Of a stretch of DNA of 64,000 nucleotides, positions 1 through 10,056 are shown one piece after another (the stretch's first letter is position 1; each line of letters begins with the position of its first letter). The notes beneath the pieces were generated by a model. It was not told where the DNA came from and did no database searches. It was given only the letters and a program-made list of their open reading frames with translations. Origin of the DNA: Promethearchaeota archaeon (lineage in GTDB: Archaea > Asgardarchaeota > Lokiarchaeia > Sigyniarchaeales > SOKP01); assembly GCA_019058365.1 (NCBI GenBank), contig JAHPZE010000008.1, forward strand, positions 89,651-153,650. Reading direction: 5' to 3'. Position numbers and translations under genes: made by a program.

Positions 1-1
1 T

Positions 2-67
2 CCAAAGAGCCCTCCTTGGGATCAAGTGAAACCTAATCCTAATTATTCATTGCAGTATTTTTCCTAG
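2..67 (+). pseudogene. Truncated/degenerate sirtuin paralog fragment (runs off the window start)
   Basis: Frame 2 reads PKSPPWDQVKPNPNYSLQYFS*. Nt 17-43 match 3410-3436 of the intact Sir2 gene at 26/27 positions (WDQVKPNPN), then homology is lost and a stop follows. Confidence 0.6.
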
Positions 68-226
68 TTCTCATATTTCTAAAAGAAACTAAAGGTGTAG
101 ATTTAAGTAAGATTGAATAGTTAATTTATATCTAATAATAAAAATAATTCTTTTGAAGAAACAAATTTATTTATAATACCATTTCATTAAATTATTTTAG
201 ATTTTTAAGTTCAATAATGATAATTA

Positions 227-826
227 ATGTATCGGTTTAAAGTGATATTAGCTGGAGATAAAAATGTAGGAAAGAGTTCTCTTATTTCTCGCTTTTGTGA
301 TAATAATTTTGATGAACGTATAAAAGAAACTATAGGTGTTGCATTTAAAAGAAAAAAAGTTATTGTAATGGATAACAACAGTGAAGTTGCTTTAGATTTA
401 AATATATGGGATTTTGGAGGAGAGGAAAAATATCGTACATTATTTCCTCCGTATGCTAATGGTGCAGCTGCAGCATTGATTTTATTTGATACTACAAATG
501 AAAAATCTCTAGATGGTATAGCAAATTGGGTAAAAATTATCGAAGACAATTCTATGCCAAATGTGGTAAAATTATTAATTGCCACTAAAATCGATTTAAA
601 GGAAAAAAGAGAAGTATCTATAAAAAAAGCAATGGAATATTGTAATAATTATGATTGGTGCAAGGAAATTGTTAAAACTTCATCAAAATCGGGAGAAAAT
701 GTTGAAGAAACATTCTTAACCGTTGCTAAGAATTTATTGAAAAGAAATTTGCAGAAATGTGAAGCTTGTGGGGCATTTTTTAGCATAAAATTGAAATTCT
801 GTACTATTTGCGGCAAAAAAAATTAA
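227..826 (+). CDS. Rab/Ras-like small GTPase with C-terminal zinc ribbon
   Basis: G1 GDKNVGKSS, G2 ETIG, G3 WDFGGE, G4 TKID, G5 TSSK; C-terminal CEAC...CTICG. Confidence 0.93.
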   Translation: MYRFKVILAGDKNVGKSSLISRFCDNNFDERIKETIGVAFKRKKVIVMDNNSEVALDLNIWDFGGEEKYRTLFPPYANGAAAALILFDTTNEKSLDGIANWVKIIEDNSMPNVVKLLIATKIDLKEKREVSIKKAMEYCNNYDWCKEIVKTSSKSGENVEETFLTVAKNLLKRNLQKCEACGAFFSIKLKFCTICGKKN

Positions 827-852
827 ATGGATGTAAGTCCTATTTAAAAATT

Positions 853-1659
853 TTATAAATCTTCTTCTTCTCTATTATAAAGAGAAGGGGGTATTTTTAC
901 TTTTTCTAAGGGTCTAGTTTTAATCCTATCAATAAAAGTTTCTAGTTCCATTTTAGCATTAGTTATAGAAGATTCTATTTCCTTATTTACTAATTCTTCT
1001 CCAATGAGATAATTTCCATGACCTGGATAAAAACTATCTATTTTAAGAGTATTTAATATTTGAAGCGAATTGATATACTCTGAAATTGAACCGGATTCAT
1101 AAATATTCGTAATTCTTCCTTTAAATAATGTATCTCCTGAAAATAAATAATGTTTAAATGGTTCATAAAGACATATACATCCAGATGTATGGCCTGGTGT
1201 TTCAATTACTTTTAATATGGTATTTCCTAAATCTATTATATTTCTATCTTCAAACCAAATGTTTATAGTTAAATTTGTTAAATCTACTCCCCATTTCTTT
1301 CCTTTAGTTATCAACTCATCACTATACTGGATTTTTACTGCTGCCCACCTATGTGCTGCTGTAATACAGTGAAAGTAGGCGTTTGAACTGATATGATCAA
1401 AATGTTCATGTGTATTGATAACAAGATTAATTTCTTCTAATTTTAAACCTATTTCTGTAGTAAGTAAATAATTAAAACTATTGAATTTTGTAATAATACC
1501 AGTGTCTATAAGTACATTTAATTCATCACCTACTATTAAATAAACATGACAACCAGGTCCTGCAGAGTAAAATTGGTAAACATTAGGAGTTAAATGGTTT
1601 AATATATATCCTGATTTACCATATAAATCATCTTCTTTGATTAAATGAGGTTTAAACAT
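853..1659 (-). CDS. MBL-fold metallo-hydrolase (glyoxalase II-like)
   Basis: THEHFDH, TPGHT, SGDT and PGHG motifs. Confidence 0.9.
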   Translation of the reverse strand: MFKPHLIKEDDLYGKSGYILNHLTPNVYQFYSAGPGCHVYLIVGDELNVLIDTGIITKFNSFNYLLTTEIGLKLEEINLVINTHEHFDHISSNAYFHCITAAHRWAAVKIQYSDELITKGKKWGVDLTNLTINIWFEDRNIIDLGNTILKVIETPGHTSGCICLYEPFKHYLFSGDTLFKGRITNIYESGSISEYINSLQILNTLKIDSFYPGHGNYLIGEELVNKEIESSITNAKMELETFIDRIKTRPLEKVKIPPSLYNREEEDL

Positions 1660-1866
1660 ATTTTTTTAACCTATTAATTGTAGATTTCAATTTATTTCAT
1701 TTTTTATTTAAATAACTAATGAAAAGAGTTAAAAAAAGTTTAGATAAAAATACAATTTTCAATCTACAATTTGTCAACATAATTTTAAATAAAATGTAAA
1801 ATATTTTCTTTTACTTAAAATTATAATTCCTATAACCCCCTTAATTAAAAAGGAGGGCAAAATAAA

Positions 1867-3069
1867 ATGGTTGATATAAGTGATATTAGAAATATTGCAG
1901 TTATTGGAGCAGGTGTACAAGGACATAAAATAGCTCAAGTTGCTTTGATGGCTGGGTTTGATAAGGTTATTCTTAATAGTAGAACAATGCAATCGATTGA
2001 AAGAGCAGTAGATCAGATAATTAATAGTAAATCTGTAGGTTTAAAATTACTTGAATCTAAGGGGCTTTTGAAAGAAGATCAAACTACTGAAATCCTAATG
2101 AGTAAATTGGTTAAAGAAACTGACTTAAAGAAAGCAGTACAAGATGCAGATTTTGTAATTGAAGCTGTACCAGAAATTTTAAAATTAAAACAAGAGATTT
2201 TTAAAAAAATGGGAGAATTTTCACCAGATGAAACAATCTTAGTTTCTGATACATCAACAATGAGTATTACAAAAATAGGAGAATCCTCCGGAAGACCCGA
2301 GAGAGTAATGGGGATGCATTTTTTTAGCCCAATGGGAAGCACACTAATTGAGATTACAAGAGGAGCCGAAACATCTGATAAAACTATGGATATCGGATAT
2401 AATATTGCTAAAAGATTACCTTGTGAAATGGGAGAAAGAATGGTTATTAGACTTGAAAAAGAGTCACCTGGATTTGTAGTAAATAGAGTGATAGGTACTG
2501 GAGAAGTATATTTCAAATGGGTTATTGAACAAGCTACTAAGCGGGGGATTCCTTATGAGCAGGTTGATGCTGATGTCATTAAATTGATGCCTATGGGTTG
2601 TTGTTTAATGTGTGATATCATGGGTATAGATACAGTCTATAATTCAATGAAATATTTTGCTTCAACTTTATCATCTGATTTTGCACCTAGTCCTGTTTTT
2701 AAAAATTTAATTGAACAAGGGTGTAAAGGAAAGAAATCTGGTAAAGGATTTTATGACTGGTCCAAAGGTAAACCAATAATAAATAGAAAGAAAAAAGCTG
2801 GTCTCATGGATGTTAAAATAGTTGCAGCAATACATTTAAATGAAGGATGCAAGCTTCTTGAAGAAGGAATTGTAGATAATTATGAAATCATTGACGATGC
2901 AGTCTCTGCTGGATATCATATCCCAGGTCCGTTCAAAGTAGGAAAAAGATGGTATAAAAGGCTTTCAAAACTATTAGAATCATTCGCTGAAAAAGCTAAT
3001 TTAGAATATCTTAAACCTTGTGATCTAATGAAATCTGGAGAATTTCGTAAGATGAGTAGATCCAGCTAA
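1867..3069 (+). CDS. 3-hydroxyacyl-CoA dehydrogenase family protein
   Basis: GAGVQG Rossmann motif, IEAVPE, SDTST, GMHFF, PGFVVNR, G.KSGKGFY; duplicated C-terminal domain. Confidence 0.92.
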   Translation: MVDISDIRNIAVIGAGVQGHKIAQVALMAGFDKVILNSRTMQSIERAVDQIINSKSVGLKLLESKGLLKEDQTTEILMSKLVKETDLKKAVQDADFVIEAVPEILKLKQEIFKKMGEFSPDETILVSDTSTMSITKIGESSGRPERVMGMHFFSPMGSTLIEITRGAETSDKTMDIGYNIAKRLPCEMGERMVIRLEKESPGFVVNRVIGTGEVYFKWVIEQATKRGIPYEQVDADVIKLMPMGCCLMCDIMGIDTVYNSMKYFASTLSSDFAPSPVFKNLIEQGCKGKKSGKGFYDWSKGKPIINRKKKAGLMDVKIVAAIHLNEGCKLLEEGIVDNYEIIDDAVSAGYHIPGPFKVGKRWYKRLSKLLESFAEKANLEYLKPCDLMKSGEFRKMSRSS

Positions 3070-3223
3070 AAAGAATTATTGTTTAATATTTAAAAATGAA
3101 AATTAATAATTCAGTATCTGTGTTATTTTATCATAATTCCGCTCTCTTTAGTAGAGAATAAAGTATGAATTTAAGTGATATTGAATAAATATTATAAAAA
3201 TCTTTTTAAACTCTATTTTTTTT

Positions 3224-3991
3224 ATGTTTTTTATGAATTTTGAAGAAAAAATTGATTTAGCTGCTAAATGGATAGCTGAATCAGAGCGATTGGTGGTCTT
3301 TACTGGTGCTGGAATTTCTACTGATAGTGGATTACCAGATTATAGAGGCCCAGATGGCGTTTGGACTCGTCGTGATAAGGGATTACCACCCCCTAAGTCA
3401 AAAGTTGCATGGGATCAAGTGAAACCGAATCCTAATCATCATGCAATTGTAGAGTTAATGAAAATGGGAAAGCTTAATTATCTAATTTCCCAAAATGTAG
3501 ATGGATTACATGCTAAATCAGGGATTCCTTTTGATATATTAGCCGAACTTCATGGGAATCAATTTTTCATGAAATGTTTATCATGTAATAAAAAAATGTT
3601 ATTCGAAGAAGCTAGTTGGGACAAAGATGTATGGGGTCCAGGATATAGAACACATCCAGTTCGAGAAGGTCAGCCAAAATGCCCCTTCTGTGAAGGAAGA
3701 ATAATTTCGAGTATTGTTAATTTCGGTGATCCATTACCATATGACGAACTCGAAGAATCGATACAACGATCTCAAAATTCTGATGTGTTTTTTGTAATTG
3801 GGTCATCCTTAGTAGTTACACCTGCAGCAAATATGCCAGGGATTGCAAAACAAAATGGTGCTAAACTGATTCTTTTAAATAAAGGTGATACTCCTTATGA
3901 TCACGCAGCAGATATAAGGTTTGATAACTTAATTGAAGAAGTACTCCCACCAATAATGGAAAAGGTAAAAGAAATAGTAAATAAAAATTAA
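3224..3991 (+). CDS. Sir2-family NAD-dependent protein deacylase
   Basis: FTGAGISTDSGLPDYRG, SQNVDGLH, ELHG, Zn-binding CxxC pairs, GSSLVVTPA. Confidence 0.95.
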   Translation: MFFMNFEEKIDLAAKWIAESERLVVFTGAGISTDSGLPDYRGPDGVWTRRDKGLPPPKSKVAWDQVKPNPNHHAIVELMKMGKLNYLISQNVDGLHAKSGIPFDILAELHGNQFFMKCLSCNKKMLFEEASWDKDVWGPGYRTHPVREGQPKCPFCEGRIISSIVNFGDPLPYDELEESIQRSQNSDVFFVIGSSLVVTPAANMPGIAKQNGAKLILLNKGDTPYDHAADIRFDNLIEEVLPPIMEKVKEIVNKN

Positions 3992-4042
3992 TAATTTATT
4001 GCTCTGTTTTATTTTTTTTTATTATATGATGTGATATTTTCA

Positions 4043-4180
4043 ATGAGAACAATAGATGAAAGTCAGATAAAAAAGATAAAAGAATTTATTTTTAAAAATG
4101 GTAGACTCCTTGAAAGAAAATTATTTTCATCAAATGAATCCAAATGTAAAGAGTTCGTATGCTTTTTTAAAAGAATATAA
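4043..4180 (+). pseudogene. Probable gene remnant (N-terminus resembling prenyltransferase/squalene-cyclase-like repeat proteins)
   Basis: MRTIDESQIKKIKEFIFKNGRLLERKLFS resembles the 'FIxxNxRLLERxLF' N-terminus of that family, but stops after 45 aa. Confidence 0.35.
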
Positions 4181-4208
4181 TGTTGAACTGTTTGACGGGC
4201 GGATTAGT

Positions 4209-4274
4209 TAAAGAAATCCTAATATCCAAAGAAGTAAAGAAATCCTAATATCCAAAGAAGTAAAGAAATCCTAA
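4209..4274. repeat. 26-bp tandem repeat, 2.5 copies
   Basis: taaagaaatcctaatatccaaagaag at 4209 and 4235, partial copy at 4261. Confidence 0.9.
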
Positions 4275-4286
4275 ACCTTAATCTAC

Positions 4287-4610
4287 TCATTTCAATACTC
4301 CTATCCATTTTAAAAATCTGAAAACAAGAATTCCAATTAGTATAATACATATCAGAATATCTGTAATTGTTAACAAATCGGTGCTTGCTAGTAAAAATAT
4401 TCCTAATAACCATCCAATGATATAAGAAGTTGCCCAGTGAGGCATTTCTAGAATAAGAATTATTATGCCAACTATGCTTGATATATCAAAGATCCAAATG
4501 AAATCTCTTAAATCTGTACTGGCAAAAATGGATATAATTATTGGAGGTATTATTCCCACAACTATTTCCGAGATAGCTGCATCAGCACTTTCATCAAACT
4601 TACTAGACAT
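4287..4610 (-). CDS. Small membrane protein with internal repeat
   Basis: 107 aa, ~4 hydrophobic segments, repeated (F/L)ASTDL motif; TATA-like ttttataaa upstream. Confidence 0.65.
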   Translation of the reverse strand: MSSKFDESADAAISEIVVGIIPPIIISIFASTDLRDFIWIFDISSIVGIIILILEMPHWATSYIIGWLLGIFLLASTDLLTITDILICIILIGILVFRFLKWIGVLK

Positions 4611-4645
4611 GATTATGAAACACTCTTTAAATTTTATAAAACTGG

Positions 4646-4692
4646 GATTTTGATAATAATATAAGAAATAGAAGATATTAATGTTATTGAAG
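4646..4692 (+). repeat. 47-bp direct repeat, left copy
   Basis: gattttgataataatataagaaatagaagatattaatgttattgaag; 46/47 identical to 10021-10067. Confidence 0.9.
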
Positions 4693-4732
4693 TGGAAATG
4701 GATTTAAAACTACATAAAAAAGAGAAAAAATC

Positions 4733-4930
4733 ATGAAGCAAAAATTAAACACACTTGATTTAGAATTTTTATTTACATATTATGACGATCTCAGAAGTGA
4801 TCATTTTGAAGCAAGAACAAAATTTAAGAAATTCATATTATCTCTTAGGATCAAACACTTGAAGAAGATCATAGATAAAGCTGTAAGTAAAGGAGAACCT
4901 CTTCCTTATTTATTTATAGTTTTTGTTTAA
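4733..4930 (+). CDS. Hypothetical protein
   Basis: 65-aa ATG ORF in otherwise unoccupied sequence; no motif recognised. Confidence 0.4.
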   Translation: MKQKLNTLDLEFLFTYYDDLRSDHFEARTKFKKFILSLRIKHLKKIIDKAVSKGEPLPYLFIVFV

Positions 4931-5043
4931 TTTTTAGATTAGATTTTAAAATAAAAAAAAATTTTAACTAAGTCATATTTATATATAAAAATGATTTTCC
5001 AGATGCATGAGTTTCGTGCAATAATCCCAACCCTGTGTTTGAC

Positions 5044-7455
5044 ATGAGCGAAGAAAAACTAGCAATACATAAAAGAAAAGTAGAAGCGATCTCTGAAATG
5101 GTTAGAAATGCGTACGATAACGCGAAGCCGGGGGAATATTTCTCTCTAAAAAAGGCGAGCGTTTCCCACATGGCTCCACAGCCGGATAATCCGATCTATA
5201 GTGACAAGCCGATAGACGTGAAGTCACTTACAGACATTATTGAGATAAACACGGATACAAGGACGTGTATTGCAGAAGCAGGGGTTACTTTTGTTAGGCT
5301 TGCAAGAGAAACCTTAAAGTATGGGCTCGTACCGCAATGTGTTTCCGAGCTCAAGGGAATCACGATAGGCGGGGTAGTAGCAGGATGTTCAGTTGAATCC
5401 ATGTCTTTCAAGTATGGGGGATTTTTCGATTCCTGTGAAGAAATAGAGATTGTGACAGGAACAGGTGACATAATGTTATGCACGAAAAGTGATAACCATG
5501 AAATATTCGAGATGCTGCACGGGAGTTTCGGCACGATTGCAATCATCACGCTCCTGAAGTTCAGACTCGTTCCAGCAAAAGAGTGCGTCCGCATCGATTA
5601 CATCCGTTACGAAACTTTTAGTGAATACATGGAAGCTATCAAGCAACACTACGAAAAGCAGGATATAGAAATGATGGACGGGCTTATCTTCTCCGAGAAT
5701 ATGAACGTACTCTGCGTTGCCAGCTTCGTTGATGAGGAGGAAGCTCCTTACAAGAGTAAATATTTCTACGATATTTATTACAAAAGTGCGATGAAAAAAA
5801 AACGAGACTTCCTCTTCACCATAGATTATTTTTTCAGGTATGATGCAGATTGCCACTGGTCGATACGGAATGTTGCTGGAGGAATTTTTGAGAATAAAGT
5901 AGTCCGGTGGTTAGTAGGGCCCTTTATACTTGGATCGACAAATATTCTTAAGATCAGCGAACGATTGCCATTTTTAACTAAGAATGGGGGAGAACCGGAT
6001 GTGATTGTTGATGTCTTCATACCAATCACTCACGCGGAAGAATTTTTCAATTGGTACCTGGAGTTATTTGATTACTTCCCGGTTTGGATCGTCCCTTACC
6101 GCATGCAAAAAAACAAACTAGATGGGTACAAGTTCTACCCATGGATCAATCAAGACATGGTCGCTCCCATCGAGGATGAACTATTCATAGATTTTGCCAT
6201 CTACGGGTTCGAGCAAAAAAGAAAGGGATTTAACTTCTATAAAGCGCTAGAAGAAAAGGTTCATGAGCTCAGGGGAATGAAAACCCTGATAACTCACAAT
6301 TTCTACGAGGAAGACTTGTTCTGGAAGGTATATAACAAGAAATTATACGATAAAGTGAAAGAACGAACGGATCCCAAGAACCTATTTCGAAACTTGTACG
6401 AAAAGACGAATTATAAGAAAAAGACTGAAAAGACGAAAAGACTGAAGGTAGGTATACCACGTTCCCTGTATTTCTACAAGTATTTTCCATTATGGGAAGG
6501 AATGCTTACAAGTCTTGGTTGCGAAGTTATTGTGAGTCCAGAAACAAACAAAGAAATTCTTACCAACGGATCTAATCAATCTGCAACCGATTTATGCATT
6601 CCAATGAAGATTCATTATGGCCATGTGAATTATTTATCGACAAATCACCCCGATCTAGATTTTATATTTGCTCCAAGATTCATTAGTAATAGTAATGATC
6701 ATTATTATTGTCCGAAATTTCTGATCCTTCCAGATGTCACTCAACACTCAGCAGTTTCTAATATTCCCGTTATTGAATGGGTTTTTAATGCCAGGGAACA
6801 TTCAATGATGAAATCAGCAATAGATTTTGGAAAAACATTAGATAAATCAAAAGAAGAATCAAAACTTGCGTATGAGAATGGATATAAAAAACTTGAAGAA
6901 TTCCATAAGTTGATTGAAGATGGAATTCTTGTTCCTGATGCACTTTACAAAATGTATCCTTTTGAAAAATATCCAAATTATAAGTTTAAGAAAAGATTTC
7001 GACCTAAACTTAACAAAGATTATGAAAATTATCCACTTAAATTAATGGTTCTTGGCCATCCATACAATACTTATGAACCAATTATTAATCATGGATTAAT
7101 GGATATTCTCAAATCCAATTTTGTTGATGTTGTAAGTGTTGAAAATGCTCCAAAGGAAATCTTCTCAAGAAGAGTTGAAATTGATGATAATCTTGAAAAT
7201 TTCTGGGATAATGAAGATGAATTGATGCAATTATCTGATTATGTTATCCATAATGAAGAGATTGATGGGGGTATTTTCTTGATTTCTTTTGCATGTGGTC
7301 CTGATTCTTTAATTCAAGAATTGGTAATGCAGGATTTTGACATGAAAGATAAGCCTTATATTGATCTCACATTAGATGAACACACTGGAGAATCTCAAAT
7401 AATCACAAGAGTAGAATCTTTTGTCGAAATGATAAGGAGGAAGAAATACAAATGA
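5044..7455 (+). CDS. Fusion protein: FAD-binding oxidoreductase (DHCR24/delta24-sterol-reductase-like) plus acyl-CoA dehydratase-activase-related domain (DUF2229-like)
   Basis: N-part ELKGITIGGVVAGCSVESMSFKYG...HGSFGT and DPKNLFRNLYEK; C-part KVGIPRSL, DLCIPMKIHYGH, YCPKF, LGHPYN, FACGPDS, LDEHTGE..TRVESF. ATG at 5044 preferred to GTG at 5035. Confidence 0.85.
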   Translation: MSEEKLAIHKRKVEAISEMVRNAYDNAKPGEYFSLKKASVSHMAPQPDNPIYSDKPIDVKSLTDIIEINTDTRTCIAEAGVTFVRLARETLKYGLVPQCVSELKGITIGGVVAGCSVESMSFKYGGFFDSCEEIEIVTGTGDIMLCTKSDNHEIFEMLHGSFGTIAIITLLKFRLVPAKECVRIDYIRYETFSEYMEAIKQHYEKQDIEMMDGLIFSENMNVLCVASFVDEEEAPYKSKYFYDIYYKSAMKKKRDFLFTIDYFFRYDADCHWSIRNVAGGIFENKVVRWLVGPFILGSTNILKISERLPFLTKNGGEPDVIVDVFIPITHAEEFFNWYLELFDYFPVWIVPYRMQKNKLDGYKFYPWINQDMVAPIEDELFIDFAIYGFEQKRKGFNFYKALEEKVHELRGMKTLITHNFYEEDLFWKVYNKKLYDKVKERTDPKNLFRNLYEKTNYKKKTEKTKRLKVGIPRSLYFYKYFPLWEGMLTSLGCEVIVSPETNKEILTNGSNQSATDLCIPMKIHYGHVNYLSTNHPDLDFIFAPRFISNSNDHYYCPKFLILPDVTQHSAVSNIPVIEWVFNAREHSMMKSAIDFGKTLDKSKEESKLAYENGYKKLEEFHKLIEDGILVPDALYKMYPFEKYPNYKFKKRFRPKLNKDYENYPLKLMVLGHPYNTYEPIINHGLMDILKSNFVDVVSVENAPKEIFSRRVEIDDNLENFWDNEDELMQLSDYVIHNEEIDGGIFLISFACGPDSLIQELVMQDFDMKDKPYIDLTLDEHTGESQIITRVESFVEMIRRKKYK

Positions 7456-8483
7456 ATGAACCAGAATTTATCAAGAATCTTCTTTCAGATGATGTGGATG
7501 GCAAGTTATATTTAGGAATCGATGTCGGAAGTGTCTCCACGAAATGTGCAATAATTAATGAGAGAAGTGAATTATTGTATGCTACCTGGACCAGAAATGA
7601 TGGTTCTCCCATTGTTTCTACACAAGAAAATCTAAAATACATGGAAGAAGTCCTTCCCGATAACATCGAAAAAAGTATTTGTGGTGTGGGGACAACAGGT
7701 TCCGCTAGGTATTTAATAAAAGCTCTTATCGGTGCAGATGTAGCAAAACCTGAAATAATTGCTCATGCAATTGGAGCTTCAACTTATACCCCTGACGTGA
7801 GAACAATTCTTGAAATCGGGGGACAGGACAGCAAAGTTATATTGATGAAAAATGGCATCGTAACAGATTTTAACATGAACAGTGTTTGTGCTGCGGGAAC
7901 TGGCTCGTTTCTTGATCACCAAGCTATTCGGCTGAAGGTTCCAATTGAGGAATTTGGGGATTACGCTCTTCGGGCAGAAGAGGAGGTTTCAATTGCAGGA
8001 CGATGCACAGTTTTTGCCGAATCTGATATGATTAGTAAACAACAAGAAGGATATTCTAAAGAATCAATTATCAAGGGATTGTGTAAAGCTCTTGTTAGAA
8101 ACTACTTGAATAATGTTTGCAAAGGCAAGAAACTCTCCCCTCCTTTTGTATTTCAGGGGGGAGTTGCAGCAAATTCCGGAATAAAAAATGCTTTTGAAGA
8201 AGAATTGGGGTATGAAGTCATTATTCATGAAAATTTTTATGTAATGGGAGCATTTGGTTCAGCTATTTTGGCAAAGGAACATGTAAATGGACAAATATCT
8301 TCTTTTCATGGCCTAAAAGTTAGTGAAATGAACTTGGCTACAGGTTCATTTGTCTGTCCTGATTGTCCAAATAGATGTACAGTTAAATACATTGTCAGAG
8401 AAGAAGATAAAAGTAGAGTAACTGGAAGAGAAAAGGATGATAGGATATTTGCGCGATGGAATAGTAGGTGCGGTAAATGGTAA
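7452..8483 (+). CDS. Acyl-CoA dehydratase activase (HgdC/BadF-family ASKHA ATPase, [4Fe-4S])
   Basis: GIDVGSVSTK, EIGGQDSK, MNSVCAAGTGSFL, IAGRCTVFAESD, FQGGVA; C-terminal CPDCPNRC...RCGKW. Confidence 0.93.
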   Translation: MNEPEFIKNLLSDDVDGKLYLGIDVGSVSTKCAIINERSELLYATWTRNDGSPIVSTQENLKYMEEVLPDNIEKSICGVGTTGSARYLIKALIGADVAKPEIIAHAIGASTYTPDVRTILEIGGQDSKVILMKNGIVTDFNMNSVCAAGTGSFLDHQAIRLKVPIEEFGDYALRAEEEVSIAGRCTVFAESDMISKQQEGYSKESIIKGLCKALVRNYLNNVCKGKKLSPPFVFQGGVAANSGIKNAFEEELGYEVIIHENFYVMGAFGSAILAKEHVNGQISSFHGLKVSEMNLATGSFVCPDCPNRCTVKYIVREEDKSRVTGREKDDRIFARWNSRCGKW

Positions 8484-9811
8484 ATGTTAGACTTTCATTT
8501 TCACGAATGGGTTGGAGCTATATTTTTTTCAAAGGTTTATTCCATGATCTTCCTGGTATTGAGGTTGTTGAACCTCCTCTAGTAAACACTGAAATCGTTA
8601 GTGAAGGAGTTAAAAATTCTCCTGAATTCGTTTGTTTTCCATTTAAAGTCATTCTTGGTGAAATGATAAACCTGTATCGTAATTATGATGTTAAAGATTT
8701 TGCGATGATTGCTGACTACGGCCCATGTCGAGCAGGAATTTATGCTGTCGTCCAGAAAAGAATCTTGAAAAATATGGGATTCAAGGATGTTAGAATGTTT
8801 TATCTACGTCAAGATGATTTTCGAAATCTTGAATGGCTAAGGGTATTTCGTGATTTAGAAAAAAGAACAGGAAGAAAATTTGATGACTATAAAATTTTAA
8901 GAAACACACTCTTGTTCTTGGTCAAAGCATACTATGTTGAAAGAATAAGCCATATTGAAGGACTTGTTAGATGTCGAGAAAAAAACAAAGCAATGACTAC
9001 CAAAGTAGTTCATGCTTTGATGAATTTACTTGATAGCGAAAATAATTTGATGAAATTATCTAATTTTGATAGAACGATAGATGAAAATTTTCGCAAGATT
9101 CCTATTGACAAGGAAATGGAACCTTTGAGGGTTTGTTATACTGGGGAAATCCAAGTCATGTTGGAGAAATGGGTTAATTATGATCTGATGGGAGAATTAG
9201 GCGTCATGGGTATCGAGGTTCACAAGCAGTATGATGTCTTTGATTGGGTCATGTACAAACTTGACGCCAGCAAACGAAGAAGACGACTTGAACGTGTTGC
9301 AAGAAAGTATATTCCAATGGATATTGGGGGGGAGGCTGTGTGGAATATGGGAAGTTATCTTGAGTCTCAAGAAAAAGGTTTTGATGGTTTTGTCCATATA
9401 TTCCCATTTACTTGCATGCCTGAAATATCCCTCATGGGAATGTTAGAAGCTGAGAAAAACATGGACAAGTTTTTCATGCCCCAAATTCATATTAGTCTTG
9501 ATGGAAGTTCTGGTTTTGAGGGACTTAGAACAAGAGTCGAGGCATTTCATGATTTAATGGTTGGTAACAAGGAAACTAATCCCTTGTTTAGAGATGTCAA
9601 GTATGTGGTCCCGGATGAAATAAAAAATATATATTTTAAGCCGAAATCCAATTTTGAATATTTCATATCTAGTATTGAAACCCCAATGTCAAAGGTTTTA
9701 ACAATGCTGAATCCATCAAAGAAATTAGATGTAGGATTCGCCCTTAAGAATGGACTCGAGTTTTTTTCAAGAAATTCGTTTTTTAGTATCGGATCTCTTT
9801 TTAACCTTTGA
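8477..9811 (+). CDS. 2-hydroxyacyl-CoA dehydratase-related Fe-S subunit ('CoA protein activase' family)
   Basis: SPEFVCFPFK, GPCRAG, TGEI, FPFTCMPE, EGLRTRVEAF. Confidence 0.8.
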   Translation: MVNVRLSFSRMGWSYIFFKGLFHDLPGIEVVEPPLVNTEIVSEGVKNSPEFVCFPFKVILGEMINLYRNYDVKDFAMIADYGPCRAGIYAVVQKRILKNMGFKDVRMFYLRQDDFRNLEWLRVFRDLEKRTGRKFDDYKILRNTLLFLVKAYYVERISHIEGLVRCREKNKAMTTKVVHALMNLLDSENNLMKLSNFDRTIDENFRKIPIDKEMEPLRVCYTGEIQVMLEKWVNYDLMGELGVMGIEVHKQYDVFDWVMYKLDASKRRRRLERVARKYIPMDIGGEAVWNMGSYLESQEKGFDGFVHIFPFTCMPEISLMGMLEAEKNMDKFFMPQIHISLDGSSGFEGLRTRVEAFHDLMVGNKETNPLFRDVKYVVPDEIKNIYFKPKSNFEYFISSIETPMSKVLTMLNPSKKLDVGFALKNGLEFFSRNSFFSIGSLFNL

Positions 9812-9825
9812 GAGGCTATTTTGTT

Positions 9826-10056
9826 ATGAAAGTTTCTTTTCCAAATATGGACAATTCGTGGCCGGCGTTCAAGACTTTCTTCGAGTGTATGGGTACCGAG
9901 GTGATTCTGCCAGATCCCACGAATCGTAACGATGTGAAGATTGGCGTGAAACACAGCCCTAAGTTCGTCTGTTTTCCCTTCAAAACTACCTTGGGAGATT
10001 TCGTGAACGTTATCGAGAAAGATTTTGATAATAATATAAGAAATAGAATATATTAA
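9826..10056 (+). pseudogene. Truncated paralog of the upstream dehydratase-related subunit
   Basis: MKVSFPNM...SPKFVCFPFKTTLGDF matches the N-terminus of 8477-9811. Homology ends at 10020, exactly where the right 47-bp repeat begins. Confidence 0.8.

Noticed and set aside
4209-4274. Possible CRISPR array
   Set aside because: The repeats are contiguous with no spacers, and no cas genes are present.
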